Source: Salpingoeca rosetta
Taxonomy: Eukaryota; Protista; Choanoflagellata
DNA length: 64,000 nt
Direction of reading: 5' to 3'
NCBI GenBank assembly: GCA_033442325.1
Contig: JAWQFM010000028.1
Location: 310,370-374,369, forward strand
Shown: positions 1-48,025 of the stretch, in pieces
Position numbering within the stretch: position 1 is the stretch's first letter
Layout: each line of letters begins with the position of its first letter
The notes under the pieces: generated by a model
Told to the model about the DNA's origin: nothing
The model's input: the letters and a program-made list of their open reading frames with translations, nothing else
Databases searched by the model: none
Made by a program: the position numbers and the translations under genes

Positions 1-100
<100 letters not shown>

Positions 101-120
101 GCACGCACGCACACACGCAG

Positions 121-1181
121 ACAAATGGGGGAATGCAAGAGGGGAAGAAGCATGTAAGAATAGTGCACACACATCCAAACGGCATACACACGAGCAAACA
201 CAGTGAACGCTCCGCATGCTTGTGTGTCATTCATGAACTCATGTATTTTTGCGTACACACCATCACCCGCGCACGTGTCTTTGTTGACAGGGGTTGTGCT
301 GCGCGTTGTGGTGCTGGCTAGCGAGACGGAACTGGCGGCAATGGGTGGATATGAGCACCTCCTCTCCAGGTTCGACGATGCCATTCCAGGCACCACCACA
401 AAGCACATGCGCGTCACAAGGGCAGCTGATACGACACAAGTGATCAACGGAACGGTCTCCATTGACGTGTCAGTGCTTGCTGGCGGCACACACGCGGCGA
501 CACAGCTGCTGAGGGATGCGCTGCTGGCGGCGTTCAACACCAGTGTTGCTGCTGACAACAAGGTCGAGTGGACACTGTTACGCGCTGGATGCGAATGCCC
601 TGAGTTGCCGCATGTGGCTGGCTGTGACGTTGGCGAAGAGGTGTTTTATCCACCGCTTGCCGATGAGAGCGGGATTGGAGCAGCGCCGTCGTGCTGTCCC
701 GTCTGTCTGTCCAGTGCAGAGCATGAGTACCAGCACGCCAGCAGCCTCTACATTCTGCAACACGAACAGTACCAACACGACATCGCTTGCTTCCACCAAG
801 GTGTGCTTGTGTGTGCGTGTGAGTGAACATGTGTGTGTGTGTGAAGGTGTGTGTGTGTGCGTGTGTGTGTGAAAATGTGTGTGTGAAAATGTGTGTGTGC
901 GCGCGCGCGCGTGTGTGTGTTTGTGTGTTCACGTGGTTGTCTCTCGGGAGTTGCTGTGTCAAGCCTTCAGCGCTTGCGCATGCTATACTATTCTAGAAAT
1001 GTTGTCACGTCCTCGTTTCTCACTCTTATCCCTAATGCTGTACCAACCAAACCAACGCAAACACATTGCAGATTTGCTCGCCCACCAAGACGAGGTGGCT
1101 GCGTGGCAGGCTTCCTTCAATGCCTACCTTGCTGCAGAGCAAGGGTTCTTCTCCACGCAGTGCACGCTGCCCACAACCTGA
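121..1181 (+). CDS. 3' end of a probable extracellular protein (Ig/cadherin-like strand end, Cys-rich module, helical tail); 5' part lies upstream of the window
   Basis: In-phase GT-AG exons 121-153, 291-~800 and ~1071-1181 give xDKWGNARGEEAWVVLRVVV...AGCECPELPHVAGCDVGEEVFYPP...PSCCPVC...YQHDIACFHQDLLAHQDEVAAWQASFNAY...CTLPTT*. No family could be assigned with certainty. Confidence 0.6.
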
Positions 1182-1488
1182 CGGTACAAGGGACTGAAGT
1201 GAAGAAGGGACTGAAGTGAAGAAGGGAAGGGACGACTGCACCACAGGCACCACAGGCACCACGAGAAAGAACATGGGTGCTTGGGTGAAAGGTTCAGGAT
1301 TGTTCTATTGTTGTTGTTTGTTGTTTTGTTTTGCAAATTCGATGTGCAAATAATGAATAAATGACAAGAAGCGAGCGAGCGAGGGAAGACTGTGTGTGCC
1401 TGCAAGCAAGCAAGCAAGCAAGAAGCAAGACACACGCTTCATTTACACCAAGACAGACGCAGAGCTGCAGAGCTGGATACAAGCGGAG

Positions 1489-13631
<12,143 letters not shown>

Positions 13632-14129
13632 TCCCCCCCCACACACAACTTCTGCGACGTGCACACTTTCCAGACACACACCAGAACTTAGTGTGCTACT
13701 GAATTGGCGCGCAGCGGATGAAGAGTTACGCGTTCCCATGTTCAATATCACACAATCCCCCCCCCCGAGTGACTTACGCGTTGTGCATACACTTGTTCTC
13801 ACAGCGTACAGCGGTTCAATTACGCGAGCCCATACATAAACAGAAGGAAGCTACAACTCCGGTTGAGTCGTGACAGTTCGTCTGTCGTGTCAGTGCAAGG
13901 GAGGGACGAGAGGAGAAGCCACATTCCCTCAATGCATGCAGACGCACGCACACAAGAGCACACCAATACAGGCACACAAGCACACCAATATAGGCGAGTT
14001 GATAGAAAGACACACTCTAATGTACAGATATGCACGTAGAGATGTAGACACACAGACACAAGCACACACAGACACACACAGACACACACAGACACACGCA
14101 CACACATGCACACGCACACACACACATGC

Positions 14130-15773
14130 CTATGAATAGTTTGGTCGTACAAAGCAGCGCACAAACACGTCCTGTCCACCGCCGCCACCGGCACCGCCCA
14201 CCAGCGGCAGAATGGGATCGTGCGGGGTGACCACAGACGAGGTGTCCCCAATCACGCACACCTCGCCCGTCTTGGGGTGCACCACCACAGACTGCCCAAG
14301 CTCGTCTCCGTTCACCGAGCCAATGATGGCTGCACGCACGGGCTCACCAGATGCCATGCGCAGCTGCATGACAAACGAGTCTGTGTTACCAACCAACGTC
14401 TTGTTGAGCAGTGGCGAGCGAGTCCATCCACACATGTACACGCTGCCCCGTGCGCTGTCAACGGCAACAGACCTGCTGTTTTCGTGCGACGACGAGCCAA
14501 ACTGCCTCACCCACATGAGCTGCCCGTCCGCGCCACGAAACCGCGCAATAAACGTTGCAATAGCGCCGCTGCGGTCAGTGGTGTCCTCGCCAGCAGCAGC
14601 AGCGAGCGTACCGGTCGTGGTGCCGGAGAGGAACACATCGCCAGTTGTCTCGTCGATCGCTACGGAGTGTAAGATCTCTGCCTTGTCTGTGCCAATCCCA
14701 TTGACCCACAGCACCTCGCCATCCACACTGTCCATCATGACCACGAAGGCGTCCAGGTCGCCAAAGCCCTGCATGTGCCCCGCCAGCGGCGCTTCACCAG
14801 TGACGGCCACGGCGAGCGTGTGGCGGCGTGGGTGAAGGCGAATGGCCAACGAGTTGAGCATGTCGTTGTCGTCAAACGTCTTGGTCCAGAGCACTTGGCC
14901 CGTGGCCAGGTGCAAGCACGTCACGGTGGCGTGGGCAATCGGCTCTCCCCCGCTGTGCCCGTCGCCATTGAGGCCGCTGTGCCCGGACACGTACACCCGC
15001 TGCATATCCGTGTCTACGGCAACGCCCCGTCCAGACTCATCGCCAGCGCTGCCGAGCTGTTGGCTCCACACAATGTCGCCTGTATCGCTGTCCAGACGCA
15101 CCACAAAGCTGTCCTGGCCGCCGTGAAACATCGTGCCTTCAGCAATGGGTCCGAATGTGAATCCTGTCGCCAGCACGTCTTCGGTTGAGCCGTTATCGAG
15201 GGCGATGTCAAGCACCACGCTGGATCGCGTCGAGTTGAGCACGGTGTGCCAGATGACCGTGCCCGTGACGCGGTCCATGCACGCGACAAAGCCCAGCAGC
15301 ACGGCGCCAGGCACGTCGCTCGCGGTGCGTCCCCCAATGAAGACGCGGCCGTTTCGCCAGTCGAACGCACCGGCGTACGCGTGGTCATCGCCGGCGCCAC
15401 CCAGCTGGACGAGCAAGCGACTTGAGAACCCGGTCTGTGCCCCGAGCTGTTCCTCCAGCTGCCGCACACGCTCGTGCAGCTCGTGCACGTCGATCCCGTT
15501 CACTCGCACTTTGGGTAGCAGTGGCGGCGGCGAGTCGCCGGCCTCCTCCCGCGACGCGTTGCCCGGCAGATACGTGTCCACCAGCATGTTTCCATATCTG
15601 TCCACGACCACCGTCGGCGCGTCCTCGTGCTCCGTTCCCATCACCGCGGAGAACGACAATGATGGCGATGACCAGGCCGCAAGCAGCAGCACAAGGAGGC
15701 CAGCGCTTCCATGCACAACAAAGCGGTCGCGGTGGAAGGACCTGCTCGTGCTGATGCGCATCGTGCGTGCTGT

Positions 15774-15776
<3 letters not shown>
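14130..15776 (-). CDS. Intronless secreted beta-propeller protein (SBBP/bacterial 7-bladed type) with N-terminal coiled-coil leader
   Basis: Single ORF from ATG 15776 (or 15761) to TAG 14130. Hydrophobic signal AGLLVLLLAAWS. Repeated blades of the form W-x2-Q-L/F-G-S-x-x-x-D/E-x3-G/S-V-A-V/I-D...VY/F-x2-G-x-T...D-x-FV (e.g. VWSQQLGSAGDESGRGVAVD, MWVRQFGSSSHENSRSVAVD). The supplied ORF's extension to 16250 is microsatellite read-through. Confidence 0.85.
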
Positions 15777-15862
<86 letters not shown>

Positions 15863-15968
15863 TGTGAGCACGTTCGATCTTGAAGGTTGTGGAGAGTTTT
15901 CGCGACCAAAACGCCACACGAAGAGAGACAGAAGACTCAACGTTAACGGCACACACACACACTCGACG
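15777..15968. promoter_or_regulatory. Candidate bidirectional promoter (about 190 bp) containing a ~(GT)42 tract
   Basis: Divergent ATGs at 15776 (-) and 15969 (+); pure GT tract at ~15777-15860. Confidence 0.45.
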
Positions 15969-24275
<8,307 letters not shown>

Positions 24276-24546
24276 GCCAGCGATGTGGCGACGTGATGTG
24301 ATGTGACATGAAACATCCTCTTTTCCATTAGTTTCCGTTTGGAACTGGACTGTTGTCTATTCTTTGCTGCACACACACACACACTGTATCTTGAACTTAG
24401 GATCATAAACATCAACGACAGCGCTCATAGGAAAGCAGAAACAGCTTGTGACAACCACACAAACACACACACACACGCAAACACACACACACACACACAC
24501 ACACGCAAACACACACACACACACACACACGCAAACACACACACAC

Positions 24547-24588
<42 letters not shown>

Positions 24589-24611
24589 GCAAACACAATG
24601 ATGAGCACCAT

Positions 24612-34725
<10,114 letters not shown>

Positions 34726-34900
34726 TGACGAAAATCACTGCTTATCATTCGTCAATCACCACTGCTGACACACCACGAACAGCAGCAACAAGCAACAGCA
34801 ACAAACAACTTCACCACCTTGCTGTTGGCTCGCTGGCTTGCTTGGCTTCCTCCCTCCACACACGCACCGCGCACATACGCACACACGCGCGCACGCAAGC
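34726..34900. promoter_or_regulatory. Candidate bidirectional promoter (175 bp) between DHX36 and the ubiquitin-like orphan
   Basis: Divergent ATGs at 34725 (-) and 34901 (+). Confidence 0.4.
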
Positions 34901-35187
34901 ATGAAGTCTGTTCAGGTGTTGATCCGCTACAAGCGGGAAGAAATCAACGCAGCCATCGATGCCCTCTTGAACCCATCTCAGATTGCCCGGTATGCGTGTC
35001 CTTCTGCTGCTCTCTGTGTGTGTCTGTGTGTGTTTGTCTGTGTATGTGTGTGGGCCTGAATGTCTGTGTTTGTGTCTGCATGTGCCTGAATGTCTGTGTG
35101 TGTGTGTGACTGTGTGTGTGCCTGTCAGTCTGTCAGTCTGTGTGTGTGGGATTGTGTCTGTGTGTGTCTGTTTGTGTGTGCGTGTGC

Positions 35188-35251
<64 letters not shown>

Positions 35252-35796
35252 ATGGGTTGACTCTGCAGTTGCACTGACACACTTCGCACACTGTCACTGA
35301 AACCAGCCCTGGTTGGCTAACTCATGTCTGCATACATACATACATACATACATACATACATGCACATTTACGTTACATCGCCTTCAACACGCCTCCTCAC
35401 CGAGTCTTTCCTTTCTTCAACTGTCACAGGATATGCAAACAGCCAGCCGCGTCCGTGGTCAAGGTGATTCACAAGGGCAGGGTCATCAAGCCGGGAGAAC
35501 CCGTCCCAGACAAAGCAAAGCTGCTCGTCATGATTGTCACTGTGAGTCTCTCGTTCTCAGCACAACCCCACATTGCTGCGGCGTTCTAAAAGGGCTGGCC
35601 TTGCACAACAAGGCCACTGGGTGCACCAGCTGTTGTGCCAATCAAGTTGCGCCAATTCCTCTCATGTCATGTCGCGCATATTCCTACATCCATGCTTAGG
35701 CGAGTGATGAGCAGCGCACAAAGCAGCTGCCCTGGCCCCTGAGCATCTTGGAAGCCTACCTGCCAGAACACATCGTGGAAGCCATCCTGGTCTGTC

Positions 35797-35839
<43 letters not shown>

Positions 35840-35840
35840 T

Positions 35841-35916
<76 letters not shown>

Positions 35917-35941
35917 GTGTGCGTGCGTGTGTGTGTGTGTG

Positions 35942-36004
<63 letters not shown>

Positions 36005-37013
36005 CCGTGCACGTCGACACTCGTGCTGCAGTGTGTGGATTTGTCTCGTTTACATGTGTTGCCTTGGTTCGTACTTGGTGGTTTTGCTGCTTGCCATCTG
36101 AGCATGCGCTGTCAAATCTCACGTCTTGTTAACTCCCCTCGTGCGCTGCGACCACGGACAGTCGTGGACAAACTGGGTGTATTCAACCGTGAGCAGCATT
36201 TGGCAGACGATTCAGCCGTTTTCTTCCATTGGTCAGTCGAGGGACGACGCCCCGTGCTCCTGGTGCAGAACCCAAGCACACACAAGCACAAGTTGACATT
36301 CACTCGCATGCTCACATCTGTGCATACGTTTACGCACACACAAGCACAAACACACACACAAACACAAACACAAACACACAAACACAAACACCACTCCCCC
36401 ACCTCTAACTCTACACGCTGGCAGACCATTCGCGCGGCAAGTCGTACCGCATCGAGAAAGGCGACACCATCACGCTGTCTGTCTCCTTCTCGGGCGAGAG
36501 CGAGGATGAGGAGATGACGTGTCACTGGACGGCAAACGACTGCGGTCGCATCACAACAGACGCAAAGCAAACATTCAAGGGTGAGTGGGCGCGCAAAAAC
36601 GCACACGTGTGTGTGTGTGTATGTGTTTGTGTGTATGTGTATGTGTGTATGTGTGTGCTTGTGCCAATTTGAGCACATGCTCTCACAAACGCAGGCATTG
36701 CGTGCTCATGGATGCCAATGCACACGACCCGCATTCCATGGTGTCGCCCATGCTTGGGTTTGCTTTGTTATTGCGTCACATCATGATGTGTTTGACCACT
36801 CACATGCCGTGTTTGTGTCCAATGCACACTGTTCCTCCTCTCATCTAATCTCCTCGTCGCCCCCCCCCCCACTCTGCAGGCAAAGGCCCACACAAGAGCC
36901 ACGCTACAGTGGAATCAACTGGCGCTGCCGGCACTGTCACGTGCGTCATCTGCTCAACAGCAGCAGACAGCAAGGACCAGACGGAGGTGTTCTGGTTCGA
37001 CGAGACAGATTAA
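34901..37013 (+). CDS. Small 6-exon protein with an N-terminal ubiquitin-like segment and a C-terminal beta-rich (Ig/PKD-like) domain
   Basis: Exons join in phase: MKSVQVLIRYKREEINAAIDALLNPSQIAR|ICKQPAASVVKVIHKGRVIKPGEPVPDKAKLLVMIVT|ASDEQ..HIVEAIL|SWTNWVYSTVSSIWQTIQPFSSI|DHSRGKSYRIEKGDTITLSVSF..MTCHWTANDCG..|KGPHKSHATV..GTVTCVIC..EVFWFDETD* (TAA 37011-37013). KVIHKGRVI..VPDKAKLLVM resembles the UBL pattern KLIxKGKxL..DGxKLML. Confidence 0.6.
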
Positions 37014-37567
37014 GCATGAGCGTTGGTGTTGTTCCCACCAACCGAGCGGTCCTTCAAGCTCAACCCTTTTCAGTGTGTGAACAGGTGCACACATATGAGT
37101 GGCTCTTTGAGCGCTGTATTCTTCCGGTGCGCTGCGGTGTGGTACTTCTACCTGCTGTTACCTTCCCTTGCCTCCCCTCCCCCCGGGTTCCTGCAACAAC
37201 GTCTTTTCAACCTGCCTGCCCGTGCCCTGTTATCTTTATTCGCGCCGTGTTACAAGTTGCCCCCTCTTGCTTGCCACCTCGACTGTTTGTTTGCCGACCA
37301 CCCCCCCCCCCCCGCAAGACGACCAGCGGTCATCTCCAGCCACTTGCTGGTGCTGTGGCGCAGACAGCGCAGTGAATGTTGTGCAGCTTGTTTCCAAATG
37401 TGTACAGGCGTCTTTGTGACACGTGTTGGCTGAATCCAGCTCTCGCAGCAGACAACTGCAGCAATTGCAGAACGCACCAATACTGAGTTGACAAGACCAG
37501 CAGAGGTGACCACAACACAGTCAACAGCTGAGGGAACAATGCTGAGCCCTTGCAAAAGGCAGGGTCG

Positions 37568-37598
<31 letters not shown>

Positions 37599-37716
37599 AA
37601 CACACACACACACATACACACACAAACACAAACACACACACACATACTCACACACAAACACACACACATATAGAGGAAAAGCTGTTTGCTCCTGGCGAGT
37701 TTGCTGTGGTTTTGTC

Positions 37717-42350
<4,634 letters not shown>

Positions 42351-42663
42351 TTCCGCCTTCGCTGCCAAGCAAGACCTTTCCTTTTGTCCTGCGTGATGAT
42401 GATCGCCTCCTCCTCCTCCTCCTCCTTCTCCTCCTTGCTCGCCCACTCCGCTCTGCTGTCCCCTCTCGCTCACACCGAGTCGCTGCTGCTGATGATTGCT
42501 GTGACGGTCGTCGTCGTGGTGGCACTTTGCCACTTCACTTATCTTCCTTCTTCGTTTGTTGTGGGGAGAGAAACAGCCAAAGAATTTTTTTTTCTTCTTG
42601 GCTTGCTTGCTTGGGGGTTGGTTGTGTAGACTGAATTCAGTTTAATCCACGATACGACTTAAT

Positions 42664-43004
42664 TCAGTTTTCATGTTGAGGCGTTCTGGCGTGGCTGCCA
42701 CTGGCGAGTCGTCTGTTGTGGTTCCTCTTCTTCATCTGCTTGATGTGCCGCTTCTTCTGTCGCTTCTTGTCCGGCACGACCGCCTTGCCCTCCTTCTGTG
42801 CAACCACCATGGCGTTGAACTTGCTCTTCAGGTCCGTTGGCGCCTGTTTCGGGCCCCGCACCTTCTTCACGCGGCCACGGTCCATTTCCTTAAGATGGAA
42901 GTGCAAGGGGGCATCAATGCACGACAACCATGAATGCGGCATTCGCTCAAGAAATAACGCATACGTGCACAAAACCGCACCCGTACAAATACACAATGTG
43001 CAAT

Positions 43005-43039
<35 letters not shown>

Positions 43040-46000
43040 AAGCGCAAACACGCACAAACACACACACACACAGCACAAACGCACACAAACACACACACAC
43101 ACACACATAAAGCGCAAACACATAAAGCGCAAACGCACACAAACACACACACATGAAGCGCAAACACACAAACACACATAACGCATGCATACATGCAGTC
43201 GCACCTCATCAAAGGCCTCGCGATCACGCTCCTCTTTGCTCTTGTGTGGCTTTGGAAGCGGTGCAAGTGCACTACTATGTGTGTCATCCCACGTCGTAAC
43301 TGGTGACACGACCACGCAAGGCAAAGGGAGTAAGGATCAGCAACCAACAATACCGTCGAGCGCAGTAGTCGTGTCGGCACACAAACACCCAACAAACACA
43401 CACACACACACAAACACAAACACACACACAAACACACCTGCTTCACTGGCGTCCGCCTGTTTTGGATCAACAGCTGTACGGCGTTTGCCGTCCCACAATG
43501 CCTTCTTCTTGCTCTGATTCAACACACAACGTTTACGCACACACACACACACACACATGAGGCCGAGCGAACAAACAGCGTGCAAGTCAGCAATACACCA
43601 GTTGAACCTCTGAAACAAACAACCAAAAATATGTCCCCGGTGCACACACGCACACACACACATGCACATTCACACACATGTACACACACACACACACACA
43701 CACGCGCGCGCTCCCTGACCTTGACAATTTGTTCTGTTGTGCCACGGTCCACATTCCACGCCACCACGTCCACATCCTGCTGCGCTGCCGTGGTTGCGCC
43801 AGCCTCGTCGGCATCAGACCCCTCACTGTCACTGTCACTGTCACTGTTACTGTCACTGTCGCTGGCGCCCTCGCCACGGTGCATCTCGTCCTCTTCCTCG
43901 TCATCGTCCTCAAAAGAGATGTTGGCGGCGTCATCGTCCTCGCTGTCGCTGTCAGCTGCGTAGGAGCGGTGAGCAGCAGCGCCGTTCATCTGCATCGGGC
44001 CGGGTGCATGGCCGCCATCTGGTGCCGCCACATCACCCTCCTCGCCGCTGGACGATGCGCCGTCACCGTCTCCTTCCTCCTCTTCATCACTGCTGCCGGC
44101 ACCTTGCTTCTCATCATCATCCTCCTCAGCACCATCACTGCCGTAGAGCTCCTCAAGCATCTGCCCGACCAACAACGACATCGCGAAGCACAGACAAGGT
44201 ATGACAAGATGCACACATGCACGCATCGCCAATGAGAAATGGTGCAGCGATACTAACATTGGCAGCAGCACATGCCCACGTGCATCGAAGCACAGCAACA
44301 ACTGTAACAACAACTTAAACAACAACTTAAACAACAACAACAACAACTTAAACAACAACAACTTAAACAACAACAACAACACCACCACCACCGCCACCGC
44401 CACTGCGGTTGCACGGTACCTTGTAGACGTTGTTGGAGACGGCGGCGGCAATGCTGCGATGAAGCTGCACAGGCAGCTCCTCCAGCTCAAGCAAAAACTC
44501 GTCATCATCATCGTCGTCATCACCACCGTTGCTGCTGGTGAGCGCAGCGCGTTCATCCTCGCTCAGCGCCTACGGAACACATCCGGGCAGACAAGATGGG
44601 TGCGTGTGGTGCACGTTGGATGAGGGCGTGAGGACCACAAAGAGTATTCGATGCGCAACGCAGGCGCATACAAGGGGTTAGTGAATGCACATGGAAGCAA
44701 CCAAGCACACGCACACGCACACGCACACGCACACGCACACACAAAACGAATGTGGTGCACAGGTCCGCCTCTGCACACCTCAAGAACCGCAGCGGTGGCT
44801 TGTGTCAGGTGATGGTACAGTTCAGCATTCACGCACGCCAGCACACGCGCTCGCACATCTGCAGCCAAAATGAATAAATCGATGCATGGTGAGCATTGAC
44901 GTGCATGCACGTGTCAACAGTTCAGCACGTGCTTTAGATTGTTGATGGATCAATGCCCATCGCCACATGACACACCACACTATGCCACACACACACACAC
45001 ACACACACAGAGCATGGCGTCACCTTTTGAGACGCGCTGCAGAATGTCGATGACTGTGTTGTCCAGCACGGCGCGATGGTGATCCTCGATATCGCCTGAA
45101 CCAATCGGCAGCGACACATCCCCCTCACCCCCATCATCATTATCGCTCGACGCTGCTGTTGCTGCTGTCGCGACTGGTGCTACAACTGCTTGCTTCGCCT
45201 GCTTCTTCTCAACTTTCGTTTTTCCCTCTCCGTCTTCCGCCACCCCTGCGTGTTCGCGCTCTTGCCGGGCGTGGTCGGCCTGCTCCTTAAACAGCGACTC
45301 AAGCTCCTCCATGCTCACTGCACCAATGGCATCCTCATCATCATCATCATCATCATCATCAGCACCCGTCGCCATGCGCGAGCGCCGTGAGGGCACAAAC
45401 TCCTCGTCATCGCTGTCGTCCTCGCTGTCCAGGCTTCCTCCCTGCGCTTGCAGCTGCTGCAGCTCAACCATCGCCTTGGCTCGCTTCGACGGCAGCTCCC
45501 CGTCATTGTCGTCGCCACCTCTGCCTTCGTCGTCGACGTCGTCGTCGTCGTTCGTTACGCGCCACCCGCTGATGGTAGCGTAGCGATCCTGGGCACAGTC
45601 AACACGCGGGTGGCACGGCACGGCAGGATGAGGTGAGGCATACATAGGGCTCTCACATACAATGAGCACGCACAAGCGTTCTATACCCACCCCAGCCAGC
45701 GCCACCAGGCACAACTGGTGGCCATCACGCAGCACCGTCACAACCCTTAACTATTTTCGCCTCCGCCACACATATTCACCACCGCCACCGCCACCGCCAC
45801 CACCACCACCACCACCACCACCACCACCACTCTCCATCCATCCATCCATCCATCCGTCCGTTCATACCCATCGCTCGCGGCGGTATGCGGGTCGCCAGGG
45901 GCGGGGAGGGTTGAGCTGCACCGTCCACATGCACCGCTCGTCTGTCGTCGTGATCACAGGGTCATACGTCGCTGTAGACGAGAAAAGACAATGCCGACGC

Positions 46001-46598
46001 ACGAGGTGATGTGAGGAAGAAGAAAAAGGAGGAGGAGGAGGAGGAGGAGGAGGTGGTGGTGGTGGTGGTGGTGTAACAGAGGTGGGGGAGGTGTTATAGC
46101 GGATGGGGAGACAAGAGTGTGAAGGTGAGCAGCGTGGACAGGTCAGTCAAGGCCTCAGCACTGCAGCAGTGCACTTGTATGTGATGGCATCGCCTCAAAA
46201 ACAAAACCAAAAACCAAAGGCACACCCGCGGCCGCATCACAGGAACAACAGAAAAACGCAAACCATCAAGCAATTCAAACTCACGGTTGCGGTCCATGAA
46301 GCCCTCGCTGCTGCTGGTGCTGCTGGTGCTGTCGCTGCGAGCAATGCCGCCGTTGGGAACAGCACGCTGTGGTGGTGCAAACGGTAACTCCTCCCCGACG
46401 TCTTCCTCCTCTGACGACGATGATGATGATGATCCATCCTCTTCTGACTCAGAGTCTGTGCACAGCAGGGGAAGTGTGAACGACCAAAAAATAACCAATC
46501 GTGACGCATGTGCGTAAATGCGTGCACGGGTGCATGTGAACATGTGTGTGCTTGTGTGTGTGTGTATATGCTTGTGTGCTTGTGTGCTTGTATGTGTG

Positions 46599-46654
<56 letters not shown>

Positions 46655-47987
46655 GGTAATCACTTCTTCTAGCCCCTGCTACAGCTTGTTATGTGCAGCT
46701 CAACCACAATACACAAGACGCCAATTGCACCCACCTGAGGAAGCAACAGCTGCCGCGACGCCGTCCATGAGCGAACTCGCACTGCCAGCCGCTGGCTTCT
46801 CCGCTTTCTTCTTCTTCTGTTGCTGTTGTTGCTGTTGCTGTTCCACACCTTGCATGGCAGCCGCCTGTGCTGGCTTGTCCTTGCTTGCATCCGCTTGACC
46901 CTGCTTCGTTATCTGCTGCTGCTGCTGCTGCTGCTGGTTTGTGTCTGCGGGTGACGCCTTCTGCTTCGCCGCTGCTTTGGCGGGCACCTCAGCCTGGTGG
47001 TGGCCAGGGCAAACGGCAGTCAGCGCACAGAACACAACAAGCACACAAGCACACAACAAACACACACAACACACATAAGCACACAAAAACACGCAAAACA
47101 AACAAAACGCAAAGTACTCAAACGCGCGCACACATACACACGTGCTGCTTTCAACCTCCACACATTCACGCACACATGCACATGTTCACACATGCACACA
47201 TTTGCACACACATACACACAAACACACACACACATGTACATGCGCGCACACGTCCATGCACACCTTCGGCTGTGGGCAGTAGGCGGTAGGTGGCGGCTTG
47301 TTGTCTGTGCGCGTGTAAAACAGCATATACGCAGCCTGATTGAGCACCTCGTTCTCCTTTGAAAAGCGGACCTGCAAACCAGTGGCATCGCAAACAGGTT
47401 GTGATTTGTTGGGAATGGGCGTGAGAGATGATGAGAACGGAGAGAATGGAATCAAGGCCAGAGGGCAACGTGTATCCGTTCAAGGATATGCAGTGCACAC
47501 GCACGCACAAATGCAAAACGCACTTGCACGACCGCACGAGCATATACAACACACACACACAAGCGCGCGCGCACAACACTGTACATGCATACACACCCAC
47601 ACACATCCTAACCCTTACCCTTACCCTCCGCTCCACCCCACTCCACCCCCTCATGCTCGCAGCATTGCGTCACGCCAATCTACTCACGTCGTCGTCGTCA
47701 GCACAGTACCACATGCCGTTTGCAGCGCGCACGTAGGCGATGTAGTGTCCCGAGGAGAGCGTGGCCCCCAGGTGCACCAGCACACCGTACAGCTCGTACC
47801 GGCACGCCCCACGCGAGATGCGGGACCGCTGAGGCAGTGCCAGCAAAGAATACAGAAGGAATTTTCGTGGGTGATGGGGGTGGTAGGTGGTGGTAGGTGC
47901 GTGAGCGGTGCGTTGTGCGTGCGTGGTGTGGTGTGTTGGGTGCAACAACGAGGAAATAAAGAGTGCTGGCACAGGTCAGACAAACTG

Positions 47988-48025
<38 letters not shown>

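Noticed and set aside
1186-1262. Short direct repeats (17 bp and 10 bp) after the first gene, as possible transposon footprints
   Set aside because: They are adjacent slippage-type duplications with no terminal inverted repeats or transposase nearby.
14130-15776. Bacterial contamination as the source of the intronless propeller
   Set aside because: It is flanked seamlessly by host-type microsatellites and intron-rich genes and carries a eukaryote-style leader; read-level confirmation is still advisable.
14212-15867. Long plus-strand ORFs antisense to the propeller gene
   Set aside because: Typical shadow ORFs of a GC-rich coding strand.
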